A stretch of DNA of 64,000 bases from a bacterium (GTDB taxonomy: Bacteria > Bacillota > Clostridia > Oscillospirales > CAG-272). The position numbers were made by a program, and so were the translations under genes. This document shows positions 63,709 to 64,000 of this stretch, in pieces. The stretch is taken from NCBI GenBank assembly GCA_963628435.1, contig CAVGEY010000009.1, positions 13,631 to 77,630 of the forward strand, in the 5' to 3' direction. The stretch's first letter is position 1. Every line of letters begins with the position of its first letter. The notes below the pieces were generated by a model. The model was not told the DNA's origin. It saw only the letters and a list, made by a program, of their open reading frames with translations, and ran no database searches.

Positions 63709-64000
63709 ATGGCAGCAAATAATGCAGCTAAAAAAGTTGTTAAAAAGCGCAAAGAGCGTAAGAACATTGAAAAAGGTGCAGCTCATATTCGCTCTACATA
63801 CAACAATACCATCATTACAATAACCGATATGAACGGAAATGCTGTTTCTTGGGCATCGGCAGGCGAGCTTGGATTCAGAGGCTCCAGAAAGTCTACTCCC
63901 TTTGCAGCACAGTCGGCAGCTGAAACTGCGGCAAAAATCGCAGTTGAGCACGGCATGAAAACCGTTGAGGTTTATGTTAAGGGACCCGGATCCGGAAGAG
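63709..64000 (+). CDS. rpsK: 30S ribosomal protein S11 (3' end cut by the window edge)
   Basis: Hand translation gives [68 protein letters not shown]... RBS is AAGGAG. It runs off the window end. Confidence 0.93.
   Translation, partial: MAANNAAKKVVKKRKERKNIEKGAAHIRSTYNNTIITITDMNGNAVSWASAGELGFRGSRKSTPFAAQSAAETAAKIAVEHGMKTVEVYVKGPGSGR

Overview
This looks like a Clostridia-type (Firmicutes) chromosomal window. That guess rests on gene order and protein character and cannot be verified here.

Left 16.5 kb: a complete, co-directional type IV pilus (T4P) operon, pilB-pilT-pilC-pilA-pilD-pilM-pilN-pilO. It is followed by a roughly 2,276-aa ORF that opens with a textbook prepilin (class III) signal. 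The rest of that ORF carries three blocks of GLUG-type repeats and a beta-rich C-terminal region. Three small minor-pilin genes come next. This giant modular pilin, together with the c-di-GMP wiring around it, is the most unusual thing in the window.

Immediately downstream is a c-di-GMP and phosphorelay island. It holds two membrane GGDEF proteins, a GGDEF(degenerate)-EAL protein, an Hpt protein, a lipoprotein solute-binding protein, two hybrid histidine kinases and a REC-HD-GYP regulator.

Middle: a fucose-isomerase-family gene and a GH36 alpha-galactosidase, an orphan 644-aa protein, and an alpha/beta hydrolase. A Crp/Fnr regulator sits divergent from a ferredoxin gene and a truncated hybrid-cluster-protein-like gene. 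Then come an OppA-like lipoprotein, a DUF4364-like protein, a sigma-70 family factor, a zinc-ribbon protein, RlmB, a membrane protein with a degenerate P-type-ATPase-like domain, and a radical SAM pair.

Right 13.5 kb: the S10-spc-alpha ribosomal protein cluster, rpsJ through rpsK, cut off by the window end. It includes secY, adk, map, infA and rpmJ.

I recognised no rRNA, tRNA, CRISPR array, transposase or integrase. The many long minus-strand ORFs in the track are antisense shadows of the real genes.
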